64,000 bases of DNA. Source: Nemertoderma westbladi. Taxonomy: Eukaryota > Animalia > Xenacoelomorpha. Within the stretch, counting starts at the first letter, position 1. Every line of letters begins with the position of its first letter. The stretch is from positions 1 through 64,000 of the forward strand of contig JAUCBJ010004774.1 in NCBI GenBank assembly GCA_032718475.1, in the 5' to 3' direction. Shown here one piece after another: positions 39,801 to 51,800 of this stretch. The translations under genes were made by a program, and so were the position numbers. The notes under the pieces were generated by a model. The model made no database searches and was not told the origin of the DNA. It was given only the letters and a program-made list of their open reading frames with translations.

Positions 39801-42800
39801 TGGCACACGAGCCCCAATAGTTGGCCCATTGCCACCGCCCCGCATTGGCCTGTGTTTTCGACTACCCCCAACCCATCCGGTGCCGTCATAGCCATAAAGA
39901 CCTTCTGCATATCCAGGAGGTTGGTGGCGTCCGGACCGATGATTCTCTCCGCATCCTCACGAATCGCCGATCCCACTTTCGTCGTCGACTTCTCTCTTAC
40001 CAAGACTTGTACCGCTTTCGGTAACTGGTTTAATTTCGGCCCGTCCATCTTCCCATACGTTCCTAGATCGAATAAGAAGATGTCCCCATTTGGCGCGGCC
40101 AAATGTAGGAGTATGGTCCTGGCCGACCCCGCCGTTCCTCGTCTCGAACCCGCCTCGTCTTCCACGGTTCCCTCGTCGTCTAGGATCATATATCCTCCTC
40201 TGTTGACGGACTCTATGAATCTCTTCCAGTCCTTCCTCGGTGATTCCCTCGGGTACTTCGGAATCCCGAATTTCGCCTCGTCCCCTTTCACCACGTAGTG
40301 GAAGTGTTGGAAATTCGCGTTGTCCAGCGACGGCGTCCCGTAGGTCCCGACCAGCCGCTGTTCGTGCATCTCCCGGAAGTGATCCTGCAGCGCTCGTGCC
40401 GCGTGACCCCTTTCCAACCTCTCGTAGTATCCTCTCGTCTTCTCTTCCGGATGCCTCTCGGTGAAATCCACCAGTATCTCCTTTCCTCCTGATTCCGCCT
40501 TTCTCTTTCTGATCAACTTGCTCGCCATTCCGAACACTCACTCGCTCACCTGCAAGGTGGTGCCTTACCAAGGCGCAATACAGATGAGTGATGTATCTAG
40601 GATGTTCTGTACCGTCCGATAATGGCCTATTTCTTACTTAACTGCGCCTTTTAACCTAAATTATTACTAATTAATTTTGAAGCTAGTAAATGAGCGTAAT
40701 TTACAATTTCTGTCCGTTACTTTTATTATGTTCTAGAATAACTTTCCTTGTGTTGCCATTATTTGTAACTTTCAGCCCTTTTCTTATTTATTTTTAATTT
40801 AATTTTAATTCCACTGTCCTACTACTTACTATTGCCTATGGATTGTTCTATTCTCTAATCCACATTTTGGCCTACACTGTGGGCCTGTGCAGTACAGCAG
40901 TATGCGTCGTGTGGCCACACGATTTACCCAGCTGTACTCATATGCCCCCCTCTCGCTACTAACTGCTAACTATATCTATATCTTATATACCCTTTTACCT
41001 CTAACTCTAACTCTTCTCTAACTAACGGTACTACGTACCCTCTAACTCTCTAATTAACGGTACTACATACCCTCTAACTCTTCTCTAACTAACGGTACTA
41101 CGTACCCTCTAACTCTCTAACTAACGGTACCATGTACCCTCTAACTCTTCTCTAACTAACGGTACTGCGTACCCTCTAACTCTCTAACTAACGGTACTAC
41201 TTACCCTCTAACTCTTCTCTAACTAACGGTACTACGTACCCTCTAACTCTCTAACTGACGGTACTACGTACCCTCTAACTCTCTACTTAACTAGCGGTAC
41301 TACGTACCCTCTAACTCTCTAACTAACGGTACTACGTACCCTCTAACTCTCTACTTAACTAGCGGCACAACGTACCCTCTAACTCTTCTCTAACTAACGG
41401 TACTGCATACCCTCTAACTCTCTAACTAACGGTACTACGTACCCTCTAACACTTCTCTAACTAACGGTACTACGTACCCTCTAACTCCTCTCTAACTAAC
41501 GGTACTACGTACCTCCTAACTAACTAACTAACTCTAGGTACTACGTACCTCCTAACTAACTGACTCTAGGTACTACGTACCTTCTTACTGACTAACTAAC
41601 TCTAGGTACTACGTACCTTCTTACTGACTAACTTTTGCCTACTAACTGCGTACCTACTATGTACTATTATTTTATTTTTATTTTCTGTTTTTATCTATTT
41701 TTATGTGTGGGAAGGGCGTCTCGCCCTCAATCCCACCCCCCTCAGTCCAAAGCTTGGACGACTAAACTCATGACAGACTCCACTAAGGTGCCCCTTCAGC
41801 AGACAGCATTTTCCCACAGCTCTCCTGTAGGTTTTTCTGTCCTTCGCACCTATCTTACCACCTATCCGCACTTCTACCGACCGGACTCTTCCGTCCTCGT
41901 CGGAGTAAGTTCCTACAACTCTTGCCAACCGCCACTGGTTGTTGATGATAGTATCATCCGTAACGATTACGAGATCTCCCTCTCTTAACTCCCTATTTGG
42001 CTTCCTCCACTTACTCCTTTTATGGAGTATGGGTAGGTATTCCTCGACCCACCTCCTCCAATACTCTGCGCTTATTGCTTTAGCGACTTTCCAACTTTGG
42101 CGGGAGTGTATGTCATCTGGGTCTACACCCCGCATATCGATGGTCGCTGGCCTTTCCATCAGGAAATGGCTAGGCGTCAGCACGTCTAATGACTCAGGGT
42201 CATCATTCTCCGGGTATAGCGGTCTGCTATTAATGATCCCCTCGCACTTCGCAAGCACTGTCCGTAAGACGTCCTCAGTGACCATGTGGGTGTTCATTAG
42301 CTTCGTCATTAGACGCTTAGAACTGCCCACCAGTCTCTCGACGCATCCTAGTGTATGTGGTGCATACGGCGTCCTTCTCTCCCACTTTACTTGTCGTCGT
42401 CTCATGGCTGCCCTGACTTCTTCTCCTTCCAAGATGTCCAAGGCGTCTGCCATCTCATTCTCTGCGCCCACAAAGTTGGTGCCGTTGTCGCTGTATATCA
42501 CTGCGATCGTCCCACCTTTGCGGTCCCTAAACCTTTCTAAGGCATTAATGAATGCTGATGTGGTTGCATCTTGGGCGAGTTCTATCCCTACCGCCCGCGT
42601 GTTGTTACATACGAAGATGATACCGTAGCGTTTCTCCGTGTGCCGCATCACCTTTATCTTTATCGGCCCGAACATGTCCACACCGCAATGCGTAAATGGC
42701 GGGTCGTGCTGTCTTACTCTATTCGCTGGTAGTGGCGCCATCTCTTGTATGGCTCGCTCCTTCTTCGCTCGTCGGCAGGTCTGGCACTGCCCCACCGCCG

Positions 42801-45800
42801 CTTTTACCTTCTTCCTCAACTGTTTGACCCAAAAGGTCCTCCTTATCTCCGTGAGGGTTCGGTTGGTGCCCCCGTGCAATATTGACTTATGGGAGTCCCA
42901 GATAATCTGGTGGACTATTGGCGATCCTGTGGGAATGATGATGGGTTTCGGTGGTATGACTATGCTGTTGTTGTATCCCACCCTAGAATTCATTACTAGA
43001 ATCCCGTCGTCATTAAGTTGTGGCGACAGCGTGATCAGCTCGCTGTCCCGTCGAAGGTGCTGTTGGTTACCGACGCATTCCACCTCGTCGCCATAGTTCT
43101 TCCGTTGTTCATAGCGGATGACTGCCTTGGCCGCTCCTTCCAGATCTATGGTTGTCCTGATCTTCTTGTCCTTGCCAACTCCCGCGAGGAAATTCCCGAA
43201 GGCTCTCCAGTATGCCACTAGTTTCTTGGTCTTATACCAACTAGAACTGTAGCTGAGGAGTTTATCCGTCGGGTTATCGCACAGTTCTCGTTTTGGTTGC
43301 ACATCCCTAATCTCCCTCACCATCTGGGAGTATATCTCTTCTCCCTCTGAATCTCCTTCTTCTCCCTCTGACACTACTTCTGAGCCCGGGTCCACCTTTC
43401 TCATCGGCGGCCAGGCCTCCTTATCGCTCAGAAATTGTGGCCCATGTTGCCACAATACTTCCTTCTTCAAGAAAGTGTGGCGTACTACGCCCCTCGACAA
43501 CAAGTCCGCTGGGTTCTCGTCCGTTGGGCAGTAGTGCCACCTTTCCAGTTCTGTGCTCGCCCTTATTTCGTCCACTCTATTTGCGACGAATATTGGGTAT
43601 CTCGTCCTTTCGTTATGTAGCCAACCAAGCACTACCATGGAATCCGTCCAGTAGTGTGTCTCCACTATGTTGGGAATAGTATCCACTAGGTAGGCTGTGG
43701 CTCTAACTCCTAGTCTCGCAGCTGTCAATTCTAATTTGGGAACTGATGCTGAATCTGGCGGCGTTGACTTTGCTTTGCTAAAGGCTAGTCTGGGCTTATG
43801 AGCCCCCTCTCGTTGTACTAAGTAGAGTGCCGCTCCGTACGCCTCCAACGACGCATCGGAGAACATGTGTAGGTCCAGGTTCGTCATGTTCCCATCCGGG
43901 AAATACACTCGTGGCATGTTGTATGTTCCCATCTTCTCCAAGTCTCCTGTCCATTTACTCCATTGTTTCTTGATTTCCTCTGGTACCTCTACGTCCCACT
44001 CATCCTTCAATTTGTATACTCTCTTGAGTATCTGTTTCCCCATAACTAATAATGGGGATGCTAGGCCTAGGGGATCGTATATCCTTGCTATATACGATAC
44101 ATAGCCCCTCTTCGTGTGGATGTCTGCGCCCTCCTGGCTCAGCTGATACTTCAGTTCGTCTGTCTCTCTGTTCCACACGATTCCCAATGCCTTCTGTTGA
44201 GATACTGTTCTTTTAATCGCCATGTCCTGCCCTTTGGCTGTTGTGGGATTATCCATGGTCGATTCTGGCCTCTTGTCCTCTATCGCCTTGATAAATTCTT
44301 CCGAACTGGATTGGAATTTGGTCAGGTTAAAGCCGGATCCTTTCAGGATGTCGCGAACCTCGCGCCCCGTGTCCAGTATCTCCTTAACCGTATTTCCAGA
44401 CTCCATTCCGTCGTCTACGTAGAAGCCACGTCGAATCATATCGACGGCCCTAGTGCTGTATCTATCTTCCTTCCCCTTCACTGTGTCTCTGACTGCCATA
44501 GTCGTCGTAAATGAAGACGACTTGGCTCCCATGTTTTGAACTACCATCTTATATGCTGGCATTATCGACGGTTCTTCCTCGCCGTTATACCATAAGAAGC
44601 GCTGACTGTCGCTATCTTCCTCCGTTACACGGACTTGGTTGAACATGCCTTCTATGTCACACGTGAAGGCGTGTTTCCCATTCCTAAATCTAAGTAGGAC
44701 CTCTATGCCCGAATTGTATATGTCTGGGCCTTCTAACAGGTAGTCGTTTAAGCATTTTCCGTCAGTCTTTGCCGATGCGTCGACTACCATCCGTAGTTTA
44801 CCTTTCTTTGGGTCTAAAGCCACGTGGAGTGGCAGGTAATATGTCCTGTCCGTGTTCGGCTCGTCGACCGGTAACTCCACGGCCCATCCTTTCTCGACGT
44901 ACTTCTTAATCGTTCTGTGGATGTACTCGTTCTTCTCGGGGCTCCGTTTTAGTGTTTGTTTCAGCTTGCGGAGTCTCGTGAGTACCATCCCTCTATTATC
45001 GGGCAGTGGTATCTTCGGTAGTTTCCATACCATTCCTATAGTATACCGCCCCTCACTGCATGTCATCGATTCCTCCACGCTTTGTAAAGCCTGCTTGTCT
45101 TCTACCGAGGTCCCGACCCCGGTCTCTTTTAGTCCCTCGAAATCTTGCCTGAGCAGTCTTTTGAGCTGCTCCTCTGCTCCCTCATCACCCATTTCCTGCA
45201 TTGTTCCCGCGAACATGCATCCTGATGTCTCCGACATCCTAAATGGTATCTTACTCTTGATTGGGCCACTCAGCGTCCACCCGAATGGTGTTAATATCGC
45301 CACCGGGTCACACTGCTTGTCTTCGCCGAAGACCGTTTGCATTCTTTCGTTGGCCATTGGGCAATCCATTCCTACTATGATGGATACCTTCCTAACGTCC
45401 ACGTCTGGGATTGAGAAGTCAATGTCGTCCAGGAATTTATATTGCTCGACCTCGATGTTGGTTGGCCGCCTGGCATTGATATTAATTGACTCTATCACTT
45501 GGATGGGGTCGATGGTTGCCCCATAGTCGCATCCCGGTGCCACTGCTGCAATTGCGCACCGTCCTGTTCTCATCTCCAGGATCTCATCTTTGCTAGAGAT
45601 GGTTGTCACCACCATTCTGCTTGGCCTCGTTCTCAATCCTATCTCTTCGGCCACCCATTCCTCGACTAATGTGAAGGCAGCTCCACTATCAACCAGCATT
45701 AGTGTTGTTACTGATCGATTGCCTTCCCCAATCACTCGCACGGGTACTACTCCAAGTAACACCGTTCCTCTCTTCTTCGCCCCTACTGTGCTCATCGCCA

Positions 45801-48800
45801 TCATCTGGCCTCTCCTCTGACCAAACTTTACCGGCTTCTCCTTGCACTCCCTTGCTCTATGTCCACTCATTACACATCGCGAGCAGATTTTGTTGCTCAA
45901 CGCATAATCTATCTGATCCTGCCTAGGTAGCGCCTGCCAGTACCTGCAGTTCATGGTTTGATGAAGCGCATTTGCGTGTAGCTGGCATTTGCTCTTTGGG
46001 TCGTAGCCCTCTTTATACAGTGCATTGCGTATCGCAGCTGCGTTTGTACCAAAGTCCCTACTATTCTTATTGTTTGAATTCGGCCTACTGGACGTACTGG
46101 GGTTATATTTATTCGTGTTGTTATTGTTCCCCTGTCCATTCCATGGTGTTGTCTTATCTTTGGCTAGCTGTGGACTTGCAGTCCCCTGCGTCGCTGCATA
46201 TGGCAATGATTGCCTGAGTCTCGGTAATGCGTTTGATGTATTGCGCTCTGGTTTCGGTCTATGGTAATCCGTCTTCGGTCCCTTTCCCAGGCTATCTTCG
46301 CTATAGACTGGGTCAGTTATTAGTTCAGCCTCGTAGTTTAAGAAGCTTGACATTTCTTCTAAACCCGGTTCCACACCCTTCTTGTCTCGAGTGGAGAAGG
46401 CGATCTTCCTCCACTCGTTGCGCAGCCAATTTGGTAGTGCCTGTGCTATCGTGGTGATGTTATTGGACGCGTTGAGCTCGTATGGCGCGTCTATCGTCTT
46501 CAGCACGATTAGCGCCTTTTCGACTTTGTTAGCGAACGTCTTAATGCTAACGGGATTATCCTGTAGGCCACCCGATGTTATGCCTCTCAGTGTCTGTCTG
46601 ATGATCTTGGCCGGGTGCCCGTATTCCCTATCCAGTGCCCGCCATGCTGTCGTGAAGCCGCCCTCTATTCCTTGATATTGCCTCACGATGTCGTATGCTG
46701 GGCCTCCCGTGTATACTTGCAGATACTTTAGGCACTCCGCCTGCGTCAAGTTTTTTGTAAGTATTTCGTTACTATACATGCGCCGAAACTGTAGATATTC
46801 TTCCGGCCTACTCCCATCGAATTTGAATGGTTCCACGGGTGGTAACTCGATCCTCGTTTTCAACGCATCGATCAACGTGGCCATCCCCATCGCCTGCACT
46901 TCCAATGGGTTCGATGGATGCTGTATAGTTTCTCCTGTCTGGTGCGGTTCGTCCGTCCTATTTCTTGATCTTCTTTGACTTGGGTATGTCATTGGGGGTA
47001 GCGGCCCCCTCCATATCTCTGTGTCACACGACCTATTTTCATCCAAGGGTCTCGTTGTTCTCGCTCCTATCGGGGTATATTGTTGATATTGTGATGGGGG
47101 AATGTCACCCTGCCCCCCCCCCCCCCCCCCACCGGTATGTTTGGTACTGGGGTTGATGTTAATATGTTGGGGCCCATACACCTATCCGCAATAATTCCCC
47201 CCTCCCCTGGGTATATGTTATGTCCCTGCATGCTGTAGTCATACTGCTGTACTGGTACCGGTATAGGCCTATCAACTTCTGGCCTACTCGTCGGTATGTA
47301 TTCCGCGACTTCCGGGTTTAATCCCGTTGTCCGCGCTATCCTATCCCCTACATTGCCTCTCTCAGTATGGCCTATGGTATGTGCAGTAAGGCCTACAGTA
47401 TGTCCTACAGTCTGCGTGTGTTGCTCGGGATCGAAGTTTATTCTTCTCGAATAATCCTCCCCGCGGCTACTGTATTCTCGATCGGTAGGTACATTCCGTC
47501 GGAAAGTTTCTCTTCGACCTCCCTCTCTACTATTCTCGTCTTCGTACCGGTACATCGCGTATCCCTCCATCGGCGCATAATGCACCTCACCAGGTCGCAT
47601 CTCTCCGGGGCGACGGCAATCTCCCGGAGTCCGACCCCACTGACTCTCCGTTCTCATCTCGACTACCGACGGCTCGCTATCCGTCCTCGCTCTTCTATCG
47701 TTTGCGGCGATACTTCTACTACTGTCTTCTCTTCCTCTCCCTCCAGTGTAGTATTCCCGCTCGTGAGATCTCTCGTCGACCTCCCGGTTAAACCCCACTG
47801 TTCTTCTTCCCTCTTCTGATCGGGCTCGACGCTTCGTCCGCCCTCTCACGACGTCAACCTGTCTCTCTCTGCTCGGTCGCACGCCACTGGGGATACTCAC
47901 AATCCCCCTATTACTGTCCGTCGCCGGGTGTTGCGGTTTACCTATTTCGGCCCGCGCATTATCCGCTGATGGCTGTGGAGCACTCCCTGCCCCCCCCCCT
48001 TTCGCCGCTAACTCGCTGTTGTGGGGCCCCTGTAGCCCCCCCCCCCACTCACCACATCTAACTTCGCTATCCCTCACCCCGCTACTATATCCCTCTTTAG
48101 TCGACACATCTACCCTACCGCGGTAGGGTCTATTCACCCCCGCCTCTCCCTCTGCTATTGCGTGGCCTACCAGGCCCTCTACTCCCTGCCTACCAACTAC
48201 GTGGCCTACCAGGCCCTCACTGGGTCTACCCAACCCAGCCGCTCCCTGCCCACCAACTACGTGGCCTACCAGGCCCTCTCTGGGTTGGCTCAATCCCGCC
48301 ACTTCCGACCTACCAATTGTACGGCCTACCAGGCCCCCGTCTGCCTGGCCATACATGCCCGACGTGTTCATGTTAATAGCACCCATATTGGAAACGGAAT
48401 TAATTTGTCCGTTTGAAACAAAATCATTTGAATTATTTTGTAAATTCGGACTTGGATCATTATTTAAATTATTTGAATTATTTTGCACGTTCAAATTGAA
48501 ATTATTATTTGTACTTAAATTTAAATTACTGCTACTAGGTAAAGTATTATTTGCTGCAATAAAGGTTTGGTTAGAGTTATCCCATACGGTACTATTAATA
48601 TTAACGACGTCTACTATAGCATTATTATCACCCCCCCCCCCCCCGCCCGTACGGTCACACCAGTCTTGGGTCTGTCGTGCGGTCCCTGTAAGTGGGGTAT
48701 TAATAAATGTATCCACGGCCCCTGGCTCCTCGAAAATACTCGAGCTAGCCCCACTCTCAGACGCCCCTACTCGCGCCAATTCCCGTTCGCGCGTATGTAC

Positions 48801-51800
48801 AGCTTTGTACCCTGTAAGCTCACCTTGACGTTTCTCTAGTTCCTTTTGCTCACCCTCCTTCCTTGCCATTCTCTCCTTACACTCCCGTGCGTCCCGTTCG
48901 GCCAATTCCAATTCTCTTCTAGCCCCCTCCCTTCGTCTCGCCTCACGCTCTCTGCGTTCGTTTTCCTTTCTCTCCTCGCGCTCTCTGCACTCGTTTTCCT
49001 CTTTCGCCTCACGCTCTTCGCGCTCATTTTTCTCCCTCACCTCGCGTTCCCTGTGTTCCGCCTCACGCTCTTTGCGCTCAATTTTCTCTCTCGCCTCGCG
49101 CTCTTCTTGTTCCTTCCTCCCTACTTCCTCACACTCCCTAAGGCTTCTCGCGGCCCTTTCGGCCCTCTCCCCGGTTTCCTTAATCAACGCCATTTCCCTC
49201 TCTAGCAGCACTCTCCCCTCCTCTAACCGTCTGCCTACTTCCCTTTGACCTTGCTCTATTAAATTGAGACGGTACGCGGCATTTATATCTCCCACCCGTC
49301 TTTCTTTCACGGAGGATGTAGCAGACTTATCGGTTGTAACGGATTCCCTCCGCCTCCCCTTCCTACTAACCTTCCCCCGCCTCCCGGAACTTCCTCCGAC
49401 CGACGAGGCTGAATCCTCGGGGTTAACCTCGGATTCGTCCTCCTCGGGTCTCTCCCAACCCACTAATTTTACTCCCCGGGCATCGACTAAGTACGGCCCT
49501 ACGTACACTACGCTAGGTTCTATACCCCCATACCGCCATAAGTCATACAGTTCCTCGGCAACCCCTCTCGCTCTCTCCTCGGCCAGTCCTCTTTGCCCGA
49601 AGCGCATTAGATAATAAAAGTGTCTATTCGACTCACCTAGTCTTCTCTTTAGTTTTACCTTGTCTATCGTCGCCCCTCCTCTGGCCTCCTCTAATAGTCT
49701 CCGGGTCGCGTTGTAGGCCCGTCGAAGTCGATCAGAAACCCCGACATCCTCGTCGCCGACCTCTCGTCCGTCTCTCCGGGTCCGGCGTCGTACCGTCGGC
49801 CCCGCCGTCGCCGTTTCGGTGGGCCACTCGTCGCTCTCGGCCTGTGGCTGGCCGGCGACATCGGTACCGACATCTCCTCCGTCTCTTCGGGTCCGGCGTC
49901 GTACCGTCGGCCCCACCGTCGCCGTTTCAGTGGGCCGCTCGTCGCCCTCGGCCTGTGGCTGGCCGGCGACATCGGTACGTCGACCCACGTCTCGTGTCGA
50001 CTCGTCTCCGTCTCCCTCCGTCTCGCTCTCTCCTTCTCTTGGCTCGACCTCGGGTTCCAGGCGGCCCCTCTCATCCTGGACTGCCGGATGACCCGTTACC
50101 GATGGGTCCGGCGTTGTGGGCCTGTACCGCCTGGTTGCGGCCTCGCGGATCGTTAATTCTTCGTCCGGGGTCCGCGTCGGCGTTGTTTCTCCCGACTGGC
50201 TCATCTCGCTTGGTGATTGGTGGCTGGTGGTTTAGCTGGCTAGGGGAACAACTCGATTTAATTACTGTGACGGGATCCAGGAAGGATCCCGATTTATCCG
50301 GTTGTTTAATTCACTCGTCCCCGCCGTGTGCATGAAAGGTAAAAGGGAATCCGTGTCGTTCGTTGTATATAATAACTGATATAGATATAGGGTATATAGA
50401 TATAGGTGTACGGATAATGTTGTCGTATACAGAAGGCGGGATACGGTAATTAAAGTCCCGGTCCTTCCCTAGCTAAACTAACTAACCTAAACTAGCACCA
50501 ATATTACACTGAGATAACTGGACTGATATGATTACTGCCAAGTGGCTATATTGCACGGTTGGCCTTGTTACTCTACCTAACCGATGCCTTTCCCCCCTCT
50601 GATTGGTTGATACCCTTGTTGGCGCCCTTTGGAGTGTTTCCGTTCACTCCACCTGTTCTCTCTGGGTTAGGGGTTTGGCCCCTGACCCTCATTGTGTGTT
50701 TCCTTCCCATTTTGTTGGGGTGGCACGAGTTGGTTGATTACCCAATCTCGTGGCTCCCAATATTGCTTATCGGCTTAACTTTATGGGGTGTTAGCGGGAT
50801 TGAATAAGCTAACAGAGAGGAAGAAGAACATACAACGTTATTTACTATATATGTAACAAAATAATTGTTTTCGTGTTTAACTTGGAAGCCTCCCCAAATA
50901 GTTGATATACAATTATATTTAAAATTATTTCCATGGTCATGGTCATTCACCCGTCTTTAGTTAGAAATTTGTTTGCATGAAAGACAGTTTAGTTTAGTTT
51001 TTACTGATTTATCAGTCATATCATTATCAGTCATATCATTATCTCATATCTGACTGGGGTAATAATAAAGGATAGGATAAATGGAAGCAAAGTGTGACAG
51101 TAACAAATATTTCCCCGTCACCCTAGCATGTCTTAAGTATATGATATATCAAAGTGGGAAGTTTGGATTCACTGCATAAATGCAGTTCACCAAACTTCCC
51201 CCGAATGCACACTGTAACTTCCCCCTTCCCACAAATATCCACTGTTGAATTAATTTGAAGCGATATAATAAGTACAAAATTGTGCGAGTTTTTAATTGTG
51301 TGGTCCAATTGTTATTTGATTTCTATTTATTATTTAAAGTGCATTTAATATCACACTGGTTTTTAGAATATTATACTATACAACCTTATGTTTTATTAAT
51401 TTACCAAATCGAAGCCTCATAAGGGCCGGTTATTTGTACACATATCCCCTAATGCGCTCAGTAAGGTTCAAACAACATATTGAACCAAGGTGGACGGTTA
51501 GATGGCCGCGCAAACTATCTGTGTACTAAAATGTTAAACCTATATAATATATCTGAAAAAAGTTTTTGTCTGAATGCCAAGACGTGAGGCGGCCTACAGC
51601 CAGTAGTTATATATGCTGTAATTATAGCCGGCGCTTACCTTATCCAAATGGTTAATTTGTTTAAAATGATATTTATTCATTTTGGTTTAAATAATTACAT
51701 TGGTTTTGTGGACCATTTATTTTGTAGGTATTCTCCATTATATTTAGTGCTGTGTGATTTCTTGGGGAGACATTTTTTAAATTGGTGTCCCATAATTTTT

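Larger units (their letters stand above)
36717..50814 (-). mobile_element. Full-length BEL/Pao LTR retrotransposon (14.1 kb) with an extra ORF
   Basis: Two 549-bp TG...CA LTRs, 5-bp TSD GAGAG (36712-36716 and 50815-50819), and gag-PR-RT-RH-IN domain order with Pao-type motifs. Confidence 0.97.

Noticed and set aside
37982-40537. ORF3 as an envelope gene
   Set aside because: No signal peptide or C-terminal TM anchor; it carries nuclease and zinc-knuckle motifs instead.
41000-41635. Palindromic repeats next to a nuclease ORF as a CRISPR-like array
   Set aside because: The linkers between palindromes are variants of one sequence, not unique spacers.
38037-50335. Numerous + strand ORFs of 60-250 aa
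   Set aside because: Antisense shadows of the GC-rich retrotransposon ORFs, with no recognisable motifs.
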